A DNA stretch of 64,000 nt from Azolla caroliniana (lineage: Eukaryota; Plantae; Polypodiophyta), in contig JBHGNT010000002.1 of NCBI GenBank assembly GCA_043228905.1, positions 17,980,001 through 18,044,000 of the forward strand. The letters run 5' to 3'. The position numbers and the translations under genes were made by a program. Positions 49,488 through 62,309 of this stretch are shown here, piece after piece. The notes below the pieces were generated by a model, which saw only the letters and a program-made list of their open reading frames with translations, searched no databases and was not told the origin of the DNA. Numbering within the stretch: position 1 is the stretch's first letter; each line of letters opens with the position of its first letter.

Positions 49488-51657
49488 CCATTTAATATCC
49501 CATGGTGAGAATTTACCATAGTATTCTATACACGTGGATAAGTGTGAGGGTTAAACGAGAGTGTAAAGAAGGGGAGGATTACTTTTAAATCCTCAGGATT
49601 GAGACAACCCATTAGGCCAAGTGTGAACTTGCCTGGGGGCCTTGGGTATCGTTATAAATAAGAGGCCTAGCTACCCTGATTTGATCATCTTTTGATTACA
49701 TCGAGAGTCTGCTCTTGTGGTGGGTCAACTCTTGTAGCGAGCACGCCAACACCAAGTACGACTCGATGCCACGGCGGTGGTATGGGACGCCGATCAAGGC
49801 TCGAGTCCGTCTCGATCCCTTCGCTCGGGGGTGGTTGGGTGGATCGGCACCCGTCTTTCTCTTTCTCCTTTCTATCTATCATTTGTTTATCCTTATCTTA
49901 AGCTTACTTTAGTACCTAGATCTCTAATATGTTCGGCATGACAGAATGCCGACCTGTCTCCACACCCTTGGACTGGAACCAGAAGCTCCGTCCCAACTCC
50001 AGACCGGTCTGCAATGAGAGAGGGTTCCGACAAATTGTCGGAAGCCTTTTTTACTTGACTATCACACGACCTGACATCAGCTATCCGGTCGGAATGATAA
50101 GTCAATTCATGCAGAAGCCGACCGTGGAGCACCTTCACTGCGCGCAACGGATACTGCGATATGTAAGCGGCACGAAGGACCAAGGACTGCTATACCGACA
50201 AGGTATAACCGAAGAGCTCGTCGGTTACACGGATGCCGACTGGGCCGGTGATGCATCAGATCCCCAATCAACCTCTGGTTACATGTTTTCCCTAGGTAGC
50301 GCGGCTGTTGCGTGGAGCAGCAAAAAGCAGCCAATAGTTGCTCTATCATGCATTGAGGCTGAGTATCGGGGCGCTACCATTCCCACCTGCGAAGCCATTT
50401 GGCTTCGGCGACTATTGCGAGACTTACGTATCGAGGTATCAACCCCGATCCCGATTTATTGTGATAACATCAGCAGCATGCAGCTCGCCAAGAACCCTGT
50501 GTTCCATGCTCGCACGAAGCACATAAAAGTGCATTATCACTTTGTGCATGAACGGGTCCTGAGTGGTGAAGTTGAACTACGGTATGTTCACACGGATCGA
50601 CAAGTTGCCAATATCTTCACCAAGCCGCTCGGATCGGACAAGTTGCAGCACTTTACCGACATGCTTGGTGTTCAACATCTCGACGTGCCACACTTGAGGG
50701 GGAGAACGGGCAAAGGCAAAGAGACTGTTGATTCCACCGGTGAGGGAAGAATAGAAGGTGGCAGAGTCAAGAAGGATAGAGCCGACTGAAGGAAGAAGGC
50801 CAAGACCTGGACATGGTCCGATGTGGTGAAGGGCTTGAAATCAGAAGATGAATTGGGAGCAACCGATTTGGACAAGAGTTGGAACGAATCGGAGACAATC
50901 GATTCGGTGCAACAGACATATTCAGAAGAATCAGATCAATTCAAGGCCAAGCAGACACGACTGTAGCGAAAGTCGATGCCATCGTAGAGGAACCAACGGA
51001 TCGATAAGCGCCGTAGTTATAGCAGCAAGGAGCTGAGAGGGGCTTATTGAGCAGACATATTGACCGAGAAGGTCGAGGGGCATGCAGAACAAGAGAGGTC
51101 GCGGCAAACAGAAACGGACCGGACGAGGAGCGCGAGCAAGGCGGAGCGACGCCAGGAGAGGTGGGTTGGAAGAACCGGCTGCCACAGAGATTGACATTAA
51201 GAGCCAACCTCAAGTTGAGCTTGAGGGGAAGTGTTGAGCGGCAAGCTCAACTGGAGCTAGATCGGCTGAATAAGCCTGAGCCGGCAAGCGAGACGGATCG
51301 GTAAGCTGTGAGCAACCGAGCCGGCAAGCAACAGAGCCGGTGAGCTGGGGAGCCGGTTAGCCGGATCCAACTAGTAACCGGAAGCCTAGTATTAGTGTAG
51401 ACTACTAGGCAATTATAGTCTCGTAGGAAGTGTTAGATGCTCGTGTGAGGATTGAAGTACGCGGTACTTCTGTCAGTCCCACGAGGACTTGTATAAATAA
51501 TGCTACAAAGCATAGTTGTATAAATAGAGTGTTTTATATATTTTTGAATATAGCTTTGAGGTTCTGCTCTCTCTGTCTCTCCGGTGTACTTTGTGTATTC
51601 CCTAATTTCTCTGTTTTCTAACACTTCCACAAGTAATCATTCACATACTCCCCCTAT

Positions 51658-53123
51658 TGTCACGGATGAACAGTTGGAAGATAGGGAGATGGGGAAGTTG
51701 ATGACATTGAGTGAGAATATCTATTCCATGAATGGTGTTGATCTCCTTGATGTTAACAAGGGAAATCAACCCTTTTTATACATGTAGTGATGCATGATAA
51801 GCATGCTCATGCCAAGTCTTACATACTATAATATCAAGCATACTAATTCTTGCATGCCAAGTCTTACATACTCAATCTTACATACCACTCTTTATAAGAA
51901 GGTTTAAAGTCTAAAGTTTGTCTAGGAGAAATATATATATACAAGGATCTAAGGCTCAAATTGGAGTCAATATTCATGACATTATCCTCCCGTTAAGAGC
52001 CGACTTCAAGAAGGTGTGGGTTTGTGAGGATATATGAGATGAAAATCATGAACCACTTCTGGGGCATTGAGTAAATTTCTAGCGGGCTCCCATGTGGCCT
52101 CAGAGATGGGATATCCTTTCCACAAGACCGGATATTGGAGCTTTCGTTGGCTCTTGTGCCAGTCTAGAATGGTCTCGACTTCATACTCATTCTGGGTCGC
52201 CAAAGCCATAGGGGGACTAGCTCGATGGTTTTTCCTAGAATTGAGGATGGATGATAGAGCTCAAGAAGTGATGCATGGAAGAAATTGTGAAATTGGTAGT
52301 GTGATGGAAGAGCAAGACGGAAAAGCATAGGGTTGACTTTGTCAATTATGCGGAATGGACCCAACTTTTTGTAATCAAGTTTGTTGTATGGGTGAGTTGT
52401 TGGAATATGCCGACGTAATAGCCAGACCATGTCACCGACTTTAAAACTAGGTGCAACTTGTCGATGTCGATCAAACTTCTCTTTGTGTCGTTCCTAAGCA
52501 ATGGAGAGTTCTAGGGATAGGTCATGATGCACTTCTTTCATCAGACGAGCTCGCTCTTCAGCAAATGGATTCTCAGAACTAGCAGGATAACTATGCTAAA
52601 GTGTGGGTGGAACCCATAATTTGTGAAGAAGGGTGTAATAAGCTAGTTTATGTGTGGAGAGTATTGTTGTAGGTGAACTCAGGCATCAGAAGAAATTTGA
52701 TCCAATCATCTTGTTGACAACTTATCATACATTGGAGATATTGCTCTAGGATTTGATTTACTCGTTCCGTTTGGCCATCTATCTCATGATGGAAGGCTCT
52801 CGAATATTTTGTGGAAGTTCCAAGAGTTTGGAAATCTAGGTGTTTCCAAAAATGAGACATAAATTGGGGACTGCGATCAGAGATAATGTCATCCGGTAAA
52901 CCGTGAAGGCCCACAATATTCGTTAACAATAGATCTGTTGTTTCCATCCCTGAAATTGCTTTAGAACATGGAATAAAATGCGCCATCTTTGTGAACTTAT
53001 GAACCACCACCAATATGGAATCGAATCCCTCAATGTTGGGAAGGTCGGTGACAAAATCCGTTAAGATGGAGGCCCATGGCATATTTGGAATTGGCAGAGG
53101 TTGAAGTAAACCGTAGGGATGAT
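51658..53123 (-). mobile_element. Tcn1-like chromovirus 3' part (3' LTR 51658-51981, integrase-chromodomain remnant)
   Basis: PPT AACGGGAGGATAA on minus, EYEVETILD...YPVLWKGYPISEATWEP chromodomain, HPYGLLQPLPIP, DGQTERVNQ. Confidence 0.88.
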
Positions 53124-53215
53124 TGTTGAGGACTGAGGCTGTCAATGCAGAAACATAAACAACACCTTGTGATGAAGATCATTGAGTTAGCATATGTAAG
53201 CAAGATACAACAGAG

Positions 53216-53247
<32 letters not shown>

Positions 53248-56200
53248 GCACACAATGTAACAATATTATTCAAAGAATGGTTACAATACAATGGAGGCGG
53301 TACCTCTGTAACAATAACAACCAAAAACTAGGTTACAAAGCCCCTTATATACTAATTGGGCTAGGAAAACTACCCTTTGACATATTTACATAAATGTCCT
53401 AAACCTAAGTTGTCCAAGGGAACAATGTGAATATGGCCATTATAGACAAGTATTCAACACTCCCCCATGATGGGTGTATACAATGAAAATCTATAATATA
53501 GAAAGCAAGTAGACGAAACTGATTTTTACAAAGTTGTCAAACAAATCAAATTTCTGTTCAAGTCGGCAAACTCCGAAAACAAGAGGTTGAATCTGCCGAG
53601 GTCGGAGAAGCTGAGACTTAACCTCGAATTGTCGATGATTATTGTTCGAAACCATCCCGAGTGTCTGACTCAATCGAACTAATTCTTCATTATGCCCATA
53701 TGATGCCGAAGGGATCGAAATCAATTTGCCAAAAGACACTTGGTCATCCCATCTGCGACATTATCGGCTGTAGGTACCTTCTCGAGGCCGATTTTCCATG
53801 AAATGATGTAGTCCCGAACAAAGTGATATCAAATGTCGATATGCTTGGAGTCGTTGTGATGAACCAGATTTTTGATAGAGCAACAACACCCTAACTGTCG
53901 TTGTAGACAATTGGAGTTGAGCCGGATTCAGCTTCTCGAAATGTGCAAGCCAGCTGACCGAGCTAGAAGGCCTCTTTTGTGTGTCGAATGTGATTACATA
54001 TTCAGCCTCGGTCATTGATGTGGTAGTGCACTCCCGAAGTTTCGATTTCCACGAAATTGCTCCATTCCCGAATTTGAAGCAGTATTTGGTTGTTGATTTT
54101 CGGTTGTCCACACAACCAACAAAATTTGAGTCGGTGTAACCGACTACACTTGAATTGTTGTTCAGACCGAAGAGGATGCCAAGGTCTCGTATGCCCACCA
54201 GGTATCTGAATACATGCTTAACTGCATTCTAGTGCAATCGGTCGGGGTTGTGCATGAATTTGCTGACAACTCACGACATGAGCAATGTCAAGTTGTGTCG
54301 TGACCATTGCGTACATCAAGGAGTCGACTGCCGTTGCATATGGTACTAACTTCATATCTTCCCCCTCCAGACCGGATGTCGGGTAGTCTCGTTGAGATAG
54401 GTGAAGGTTAATGGGGAGCGAGGTTGAAGTAGATTTCGCCGATTGCATGTTGAAGCACTCTAAGACACGTTTTGATGTAGTCGACTTGAGGTAAGAATAG
54501 TTGCCATTGATTCCGGAGCCGACTAATCTTCATATCGAGAATGTGTCAAGCAAGACCTAAGTCCTTCATTGCGAACTTCAACTACAGTTGCCGAACAAGA
54601 TCAGCAAGCTCTCCAACATGCCTACCCGAGAGTAGCATGTCATCCACATATAAGATGAGGAAGATGGGAGACCCATCTTGAGCTGTTTTCGTCAAGAGGT
54701 AGTGGTCCTCATTGTTTTTAGAGAAGCCAATCGACTAGATAAAGTCGTCGAAATTCTTATACCAATGTCACGGTGCCTGTTTTAGGCCGTAAAGACTCCT
54801 CCTGAGTCGACAGAGTAGATGCTCTTGACTAGCTGCAATGAAGCCTCTCGGCTACTCCATATAAATTTCCTCCTCTAAGTCGCCATGGAGGAAGGTTTTT
54901 TTTATAGCTAACTGTATAAGCTCCAAATCCTTGGTGGCCACGACACCGAGTAGAAATCGAAGAGTAGTCATTTTCATCATTGGTGAAAAAGTTTCATCAA
55001 AGTCGACGCCATATTGTTGTCGGAAACCCTTTGCGACTACCCTGGCCTTGTACTTTGGGGTGCTGAATCAGACATTGCTTTGACTCGATAGACCCATTTG
55101 CATGGAAGAGCACGTCGATTCCTTGGTAATTCATTTGCATGGAAGAGCACGTCCCAATTCTTGTTTGCCCGAATGGAGTTCATTTCCAACTCCATTGCCA
55201 AATGCCATGTGGCCGAATTGGCTGATGCCGATGCTTCTTTGTACGACGTTGGTTCACTGGCATCCGTAAAGAAAATTGCAGGAGAGTACCTCTCTGGAGG
55301 CTACAACAATCTCTCAGATCTTCGAGGTATGACTGGACTGATCACATCAGGTGTCAGAGTTGGATGATCCAAAGCCGAACCTTTCGGTTGTGCTGAGTCG
55401 AGGCTCTAGGATTCGGCTACCCATGAAGCCGACCTTGTGTTATGGGCTGGGCCTTCGTGAAGGGTTGGCACGTCTAAGAAAACTACCCTTTGAACTTCAA
55501 TAAGCCTTTCAGCCTTCTTATGCATAGTTGACTCATTGAAGACTATGCCTGAACTTCGGACGATCTGTTTGTGCTCGGGGTCCTAGAGTCGGTATCCGAA
55601 CTCGCCCTTTGGTCCTTGGTGTCGGTATCCGAATTGAGGAAAATGCATTTCTTGGTCCTTGGTGTAAGTTTGTGGCGATGGTCTTTCGATATGAGGGCGT
55701 ATGCCTCGCATCCGAAAATCCTCAGTTTGTGATAATTCGGCTTACTGACGGTCCATAATTCTTGAGGTATTCAAAGTCTTAGAGGCCTATTCGGCCACAT
55801 ATTGATTATGTGTACTACTGTAAGTAGGGCCTCAACCGAGAAGCTATCCGGTAGTCTAGAGTGTTGGAGCATGGTCACTACCCGTTCTTGAATTGTCCGA
55901 TTCATTAGTTTGGCAATTCCATTTTGCTACGGACTATAGGGTGCCGTATATTCACGTTGAATGCCGCGCCTTTGGCAAAATTTGACAAATTCTTTAGACT
56001 TGAACTCTACTCCGTTGTCTATTTGAAGGCATTTTAACTTTCGACCAGACTGGTTTTCTACCATAGCCATTCAAAAAAGATTGAGAACACCCAATCTTTG
56101 GTTTTGATTGAATAAGCCCACACCTTCCGAGTCGAGTCGTCGATGAAACTGATGAAGTATAAGGCACCGTTGAGAGACTGATGTGGCATAGGACCACAAA

Positions 56201-57884
56201 CGTCTGAGTTGACCAAATCGAGTGGACTCAATTCTCTCAGTGTTGATGTCGGGTGTGATGCAACTATCTGTTTGTCATATTGGCAATGCTCACAGAATTG
56301 ATGATCGGAGAAGGAGAGTTTGGGGATATATCTGACTTTGGATAGATGTGTAATGCTGGTCTTGTTGAGGCGTCCGTGCAATAATGATGACACAGGAATA
56401 TCAACCACGAACAAGTCACCCTCTCTGATTGTGACATATAATGGGTACAATGAACGTACTTTTGGTCCTCGAGCAAGCAGGAGGTTCCCCTGGTGGAGTG
56501 TCCACCCTCCTAATGAGAAGCCGACACGTATGCCATCTTCATCCAATTGTCCGACTAAGATCAAAGGTCTTGAGAGCTCAGGTACATATTGGACATTGTC
56601 TAGTACTAATGTAGAGCCACCCGGAAGGTTGAGCTCTACGGTGCCGATTCCAATTATGGCGCAATGCTACAAATTTTCGACTCGTACCGAGTTGGAGTCT
56701 CGGACCAAATATTGCCGAAATTGGGATATGTGAGGGGTCACATGGTAGGACGCACCCGAATCCAAGAGCCATGTGCTCGATTTTTCAGTCGTAAGCAGAA
56801 CTTCTGGTTCAACTAGGTGTTCAATGGATAGTATATTTGGGTCGTTCAACAATACTTTGACTGAAGAGACAATGTAATTGACCTCCTCATTCCGGACACT
56901 CTTTTGATCAGATCGCCAAGCCTTATCATTCTTGGCTTTGAGTGCATGACAATCAGCTTTGATGTGCCCGGTTTTCTTGCAGTAGTTGCAGATTCGATTG
57001 TCCTGGGACTTGCTCCGACTTCGCTCATTGTTCGGCTGTCAGGAAGAGCTTCTTCCTCAACATTTCAATCGGTCAGTCGAACCTTGTACTACATAAGCGT
57101 CATTGGCCGAGTTACTCGCAAACAATTTCCTCCGAGTTGCTTCAGTCAGAATTGTGCTCATGACTGCGGAGTATTTAACAACAACAGTTGACGCATTGCA
57201 CACAGTTGTGACAAAGGTTTCCCATGAAGGGGGGAGACTACTCATGAGCAACATTTCTCTTAGTTCATCTTCAATTGTCGTCCCCTTAGCCGAAATTTTG
57301 GGAGCTTAAACTTTCATACTCGTTCAAGTGTGCCTGGACCGAGTTGGATTCCTTCATCTGAAGGTTGTAAAGGCAATGAATTAGATAGATATTTGTGGCA
57401 ACTACCTTCTTCTCTTAAGTGTCTGACAATGTCTTCCATAGTTGAAAGGTTGTCGAACACGATTGCACTGTGAAGTACATTGACTCCAACAAGTGCATCC
57501 GAATTGTGGCACTGACTATTCTGTCCAGCTTCTGCCATTTGTTCGACTTGTATCCTTCTGGAGCATTTTCATTTTCGATCGGGTCGATTTGCCCCTTGAC
57601 TATCAGATAGTCTTGCATCCGCTCCTTCCAGAAGTTGAATTTTGATCCGACGAACTTTCATACACTCATCTCTAACAAGCCGGATGTTGATGCCATCTGT
57701 GTCGGCTTGTTAGACTCTGTTTGGAGTTGACTACAAATGGTGGTGGGATGCAGACAACTGGCTCACCGGATATTGTTCTAGTTGGATTCTAATACAAGGA
57801 AAATCGACTTCGACTATTGTAGTCAATCTACTTAGCTTAATTGGATTTGAATTTGCCGATTTCGAATGTCGATTACAAAGTACC
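53124..57884 (-). mobile_element. Degenerate Ty1/Copia element (3' LTR 53124-53459), same family as the element at 1-1342
   Basis: gag MQDYLIVKGQIDPIE, WLLDSGASYHVT, SDVCGPM, and RT/RH closely similar to ORF 25-852. PPT GGGGGAG. Confidence 0.9.
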
Positions 57885-59935
57885 TGTTATGGACATGCCC
57901 ATATAATATCCCGTTGTGAGAATGTACCGTAGTATTCTATATATGTGGATAAAGTGTGAGGGTTAAATGAGAGTGTAAAGAAGGGGATGATTACTTTTAA
58001 CCCTTGGGATTGAGACAACCCATTAGGTCAAGTGTGAACTTGCTTGGGGGTCTTAGGTCTGGCTATAAATATGAGAGCTAGCTGCCCTCATTTGATCATC
58101 TCTTGACTACTTCGAGACTCTGTTCTTGTGGTGGATCAACTCTTGTAGCAAGCGCACCAACACCAAGTACGACTCGACACCACGGTGATGGTATGGACAC
58201 CGATCGAGCCTCGAGTCCGTCTTGATCCCTTAACTCGGGGGTGGTCGGGTGGATCATCACCCTTCTTTCTCTCTCTCCTTTCTAACTATCTCTTATTGAT
58301 TTACTTATCTCATGCTTACTTTAGATCTAAGATCTTACTTTAGTTGGTATCAGCGCCATGTTCCTAATGTTTCGTTTGTTTATTGTTTTCTTTTGATGGA
58401 TGGCGATCGATCGGTGTGCGGATGACCGTGATTTAGAAAGGCATTAACAAGTAAACTTCGGTAACTCTTTCTTATTTTTTTCTATTCTTTCTTCTGCCAA
58501 TCTAATCATGTATAGTCAATATGTGTTTTCTTTCAGTGATTCAACGATGTTGTAGTGGTAATTAATTGGTTGTATAAAACGTTTACATATGTGTATGAGG
58601 TCAATACCTCCTCTGAGATATATTTGATATGTGATTCGTGCCGTATGCATATGGTGTTAATACCTCCATTGCGTATTACGTTCACATACATATGTTATGT
58701 ATGTGTATGAGGTAAATACCTCGATTTCTATGTAAATGATATGTGATTGGTGTCGTATGCGTAAGAGGTCGAAACTACCTCAATTGCGTATAACGATCAA
58801 CCTTATTTTTGGATGTTTTGTGTGTGTAGAGGCTATATGCCTCGATTAGGTATCTCAATTTCATCATTTGTTGGCTATTTTATGTTATGATATTTTTAAA
58901 AATATATGCATGTATCCTTTTTTCAACAATTGTTTTGTTTTCATCCCCGTTGGTCACTTCGATTTCGTTACGCGTTATAATGAAACGATCATAGCCACAA
59001 CTATGTTGAGAGCATAGGGCTTGACCCACTTCATGTGAGGTTGCTCCTATGACACGCATATCCAACATCCCTCCCTTGTTACATGGATACGATGCCACCA
59101 TGAGATCATCATTACGGAAGGCATTCATAATGATGTAACCATTTGATGGGCCATGTGGGCCTACTACGAAAAGAGGGCTGATTTGGCTTGACCATTAGGT
59201 TCCACTTTGGCATATGCCATCGTAATTATGAGACTTGAGGCTAGGTAATGTACCAACATAGTTTTGTAGTAAATGAGGGGGAAATAAGGACTCTCGACAT
59301 ATATGTTTTCTTTTACATATCTCTTATACACATTAAACATTTAAAAGGAGCAAACTATTTGGTTAGCTCAAGTTTTTAATGTATTTGTTCTCAAGGTCTC
59401 GAGTTCAAATATGACCAAGACCATACAATATTGTTGATACATATGACTATAACACATGTTTAGACTTTAGGTCTAAGTGCACTTCGGGATCCTTGTAATA
59501 GGACTTAAAGAGCCGAAACCACATGGGTGGGCACAGAGACATAGTTTATTGTTAACATTTTTTCGTGTATAAACTATTCATGACATGAATATACATGGTT
59601 GAGCCTCGGGGAGCCGCCTTGAAATAATCGATATAGAGATCAGGGAAACACATTCATTTGTCACCCCCATGGTTTTTAAAACACCTTTGTGTTACAATAG
59701 TAACCTGATCTTGAACCTCATCTCATACGTCTAGAGGGGTATTGACGTGAGATCATCCTATCTATTAATGTTTGCCCATGATATGTTTACATCACGACAT
59801 AATATTATGACTATTTGTCTGATCTTATCGTATTTCTTTGCTAGAAATTATCATTCAATGGCTCATAATAACGACTCGTTGGCATCCGCACAAGCGGAAG
59901 GAAATCAAGGAAATCCTACTGGGCCAATCGCCATT
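57885..59935 (+). mobile_element. Second copy of the 43858 chromovirus family (5' LTR 57885 to about 58342, PBS, leader, gag start)
   Basis: Colinear similarity to 43858-46080, PBS TGGTATCAG at 58345, gag start MAHNNDSLASAQAEGNQGNP. Confidence 0.9.
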
Positions 59936-60296
59936 TGTCATGAACAGTACTGAGACAAAGAAGGAATTAGTACTAAATGAAGGATTAGTACTATGAGAGG
60001 TGTGGAACTTCTTCGAGAGAAGGAAGAAGTGAGCGAGACAGAGAGAAAGAGAGAGATCGAGAGAGAGAGAGTGTGTGATGATAAGAAAGATATGTATTAT
60101 ATGAAGAGAATATACAATGGTGGCTAAAAGGCTTAAGACTGGCGTTGAACCAATTTGGTTCAACATAATGCCTAGTGCCCTCTTTTATAGTGTTTTCAAG
60201 AGTAATCCTGAAGCTTCTAGAATGTTCCAGAGAAATCTGGAATATACACTAATTTCCTATAATAAAATGTAAATGAAAATAATATCCTATGTATTA

Positions 60297-60369
60297 CAAT
60301 AGATGGTCTAATGGTCAAGAGCTAGACCCATATAACCTAAGGTCATGGGTTCGAGTCTTGCCATATCAT
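60297..60369 (+). ncRNA. tRNA-like cassette at the U3 terminus of the Tcn1-like LTR, antisense to the element
   Basis: A box TGGTCTAATGG (60304), AGGTC loop, B box GGTTCGAGTC (60348), spacing 45 nt. Confidence 0.65.
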
Positions 60370-62309
60370 GACACTATCCCCCCTTTAAAACGACGAGTGT
60401 CACGAGTCGTCTTGGATTGAGGACCCGGTTTGTGTGGATATTGACGATGGAAGTCTTCAAGAAGAGGACGAGCATTGGTTACATTCTCGATCGGTTCCCA
60501 AGTACGTTCGCTGGGGCTATAGCCTAGCCAATCGACTAGATAGTAGAGCTTGTTGCGAACAATCTTGGAATCAAGGATGGCGGGAACCTCGTACTCCGGC
60601 CCATCTTCAAGCTCGATCGGGGGTGGAGGTTGGATAAGACGTCTTGGGATGGTGCTCTGGTGGTAGGGTTCAAGGAGAGAACTATGAAACACTGGATGTA
60701 TCTGAAGTTGAGGAGGTAGATCGAGACGAAAAGCGACATCATTAATCTTTCCAATAATACGGAAAGGACCTAATCACCAATAATCCAACTTCTCACATGG
60801 CCGAGTAGTCTTGATGTGTCGTCGTAGCAGCCACACCCGATCTCCAATATTAAAACTGGATGGAAGTCGATGACGATCCGCGTAGACCTTTTGTGTTTGT
60901 TGAGCTTGCTGGAGATGAGTAGATAAATCCGCTTGTATCTTGCGTAACCGCTCCAAACAATACTCCTCGCATGGATTTGTGGACACCTCTAGGGTTTAAG
61001 GTACACTCCACCGGGGGTGACATCCCGTATAAGCATAAAATGGCGTAACTTTAGTGGATTCGTGGATAGAGCTGTTATAGGCAAATTCGGCGAAGTGGAG
61101 AATATCTGCCCAGTCATCCTAATGATAGCTGAGAAAGCACCGTAGATACTGCTCTAGCGTTTGATTTGTTCGTTCAGCTTGGCCGTCGGTTTGTGGGTGG
61201 TAGCCGGAGGAGAGGTTACAAGTGACCTTGAGCATGTTAAAAAGGTGCTTCCAGAATTTTGACACGAACTGGGGTCCACGGTCGCTGATGATACTATCGG
61301 GAAGTCCATGATGCCGACATACTTCACGCATGACAATTTTGGCAGTGTCTTCACTGGAGATCTCCTTAGTACATGGCAAGAAATGAGCCATCTTCGTATA
61401 TCGATCGACCACCGTTAGAATCGCATTGAACCCCTTAGAGATTGGAAGATCTGTGATGAAGTCTAGAGCAATGGATTGCCATGGCTTGCTTAGAATTGAT
61501 AATGGTTCTAATAAACCATATGGATGATGCCTTGGCATTTTAGCTCTGCAACATGTATCACAAGTCCGAACAAAATCCTCGACAAATTGTCGCATACAGG
61601 GCCACTAGAATGATCATTATACTAAATGTAATGTTTTAGTACTACCAAAATGCCTAGCTGTATATGTGTCATGACAGTTTTGTACTACTCGAAGGCGGCA
61701 AGAACCATTAGGAACATACAAAAGTTCTTTAAAGAAGAGTAATCCATCATGGTATTTGAATTGCCGATAGTCCGTACCTGGTGGTTGCGATTGTGAACAC
61801 GACGCTCGAGAGGGATCAATTTGTGCTAGTATAGCTTGGGTGAACGCATTTGTCTTCAAGTCTTCACGTATGGTATCGATAACGCGGGAATCCATAGGCA
61901 TGTCAAAGATTTGTGTTGCTTGTAGTCGTGCCGGTCCCAAGATGACTTGTTTTTGGTTATCGAAAGCTGGCTCGCTGGGACGGGGTGCTAGATACGAATG
62001 CCGTGATAATGCATCTGCCTTCCCTTGGTGCCTCCCTGGACGATATGTAATTTTGAAGTCGAAACGCGTGAGGAAGTGGGCCCACCGAGCTTGATGTCGA
62101 TTCAACACACGAGCATCCTGAAAGTAGGCAAGATTCTTGTGGTCACTAAATACGGTGACTGGATGAGAGGATCCCTCCAGAAAATGCCTCCATTGCATAA
62201 AAGAATCCACTATTGCCAATAGCTCCTTATCATGAATTTCGTAGTTGATTTCAGCGGCATCAAACTTGCGTGAGTGAAAAGCCATAGGATGTAGCTTCTC
62301 ATCATTCCC

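Larger units (their letters stand above)
43858..49929 (+). mobile_element. Ty3/Gypsy chromovirus: 456-bp LTRs (43858-44313, 49474-49929), TSD TGTTC, 1.7-kb leader, gag mostly deleted
   Basis: PBS TGGTATCAGA, RT ([23 protein letters not shown]), RNase H ETDASD, INT HPQSDGQTER, chromodomain PERIL...KW...ATWE, PPT AAGAGGGGGAGTA. Confidence 0.95.
33443..51645 (+). mobile_element. Full-length Ty1/Copia element (LTRs 33443-33856 and 51232-51645, TSD TACTC) hosting two Gypsy insertions
   Basis: 414-bp LTR pair, PBS TGGTATCAGAGC at 33857, gag from 33950, PR about 41340, INT 41810-42600, RT 43100-43857 and RT/RH 49930-50789. Confidence 0.95.
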
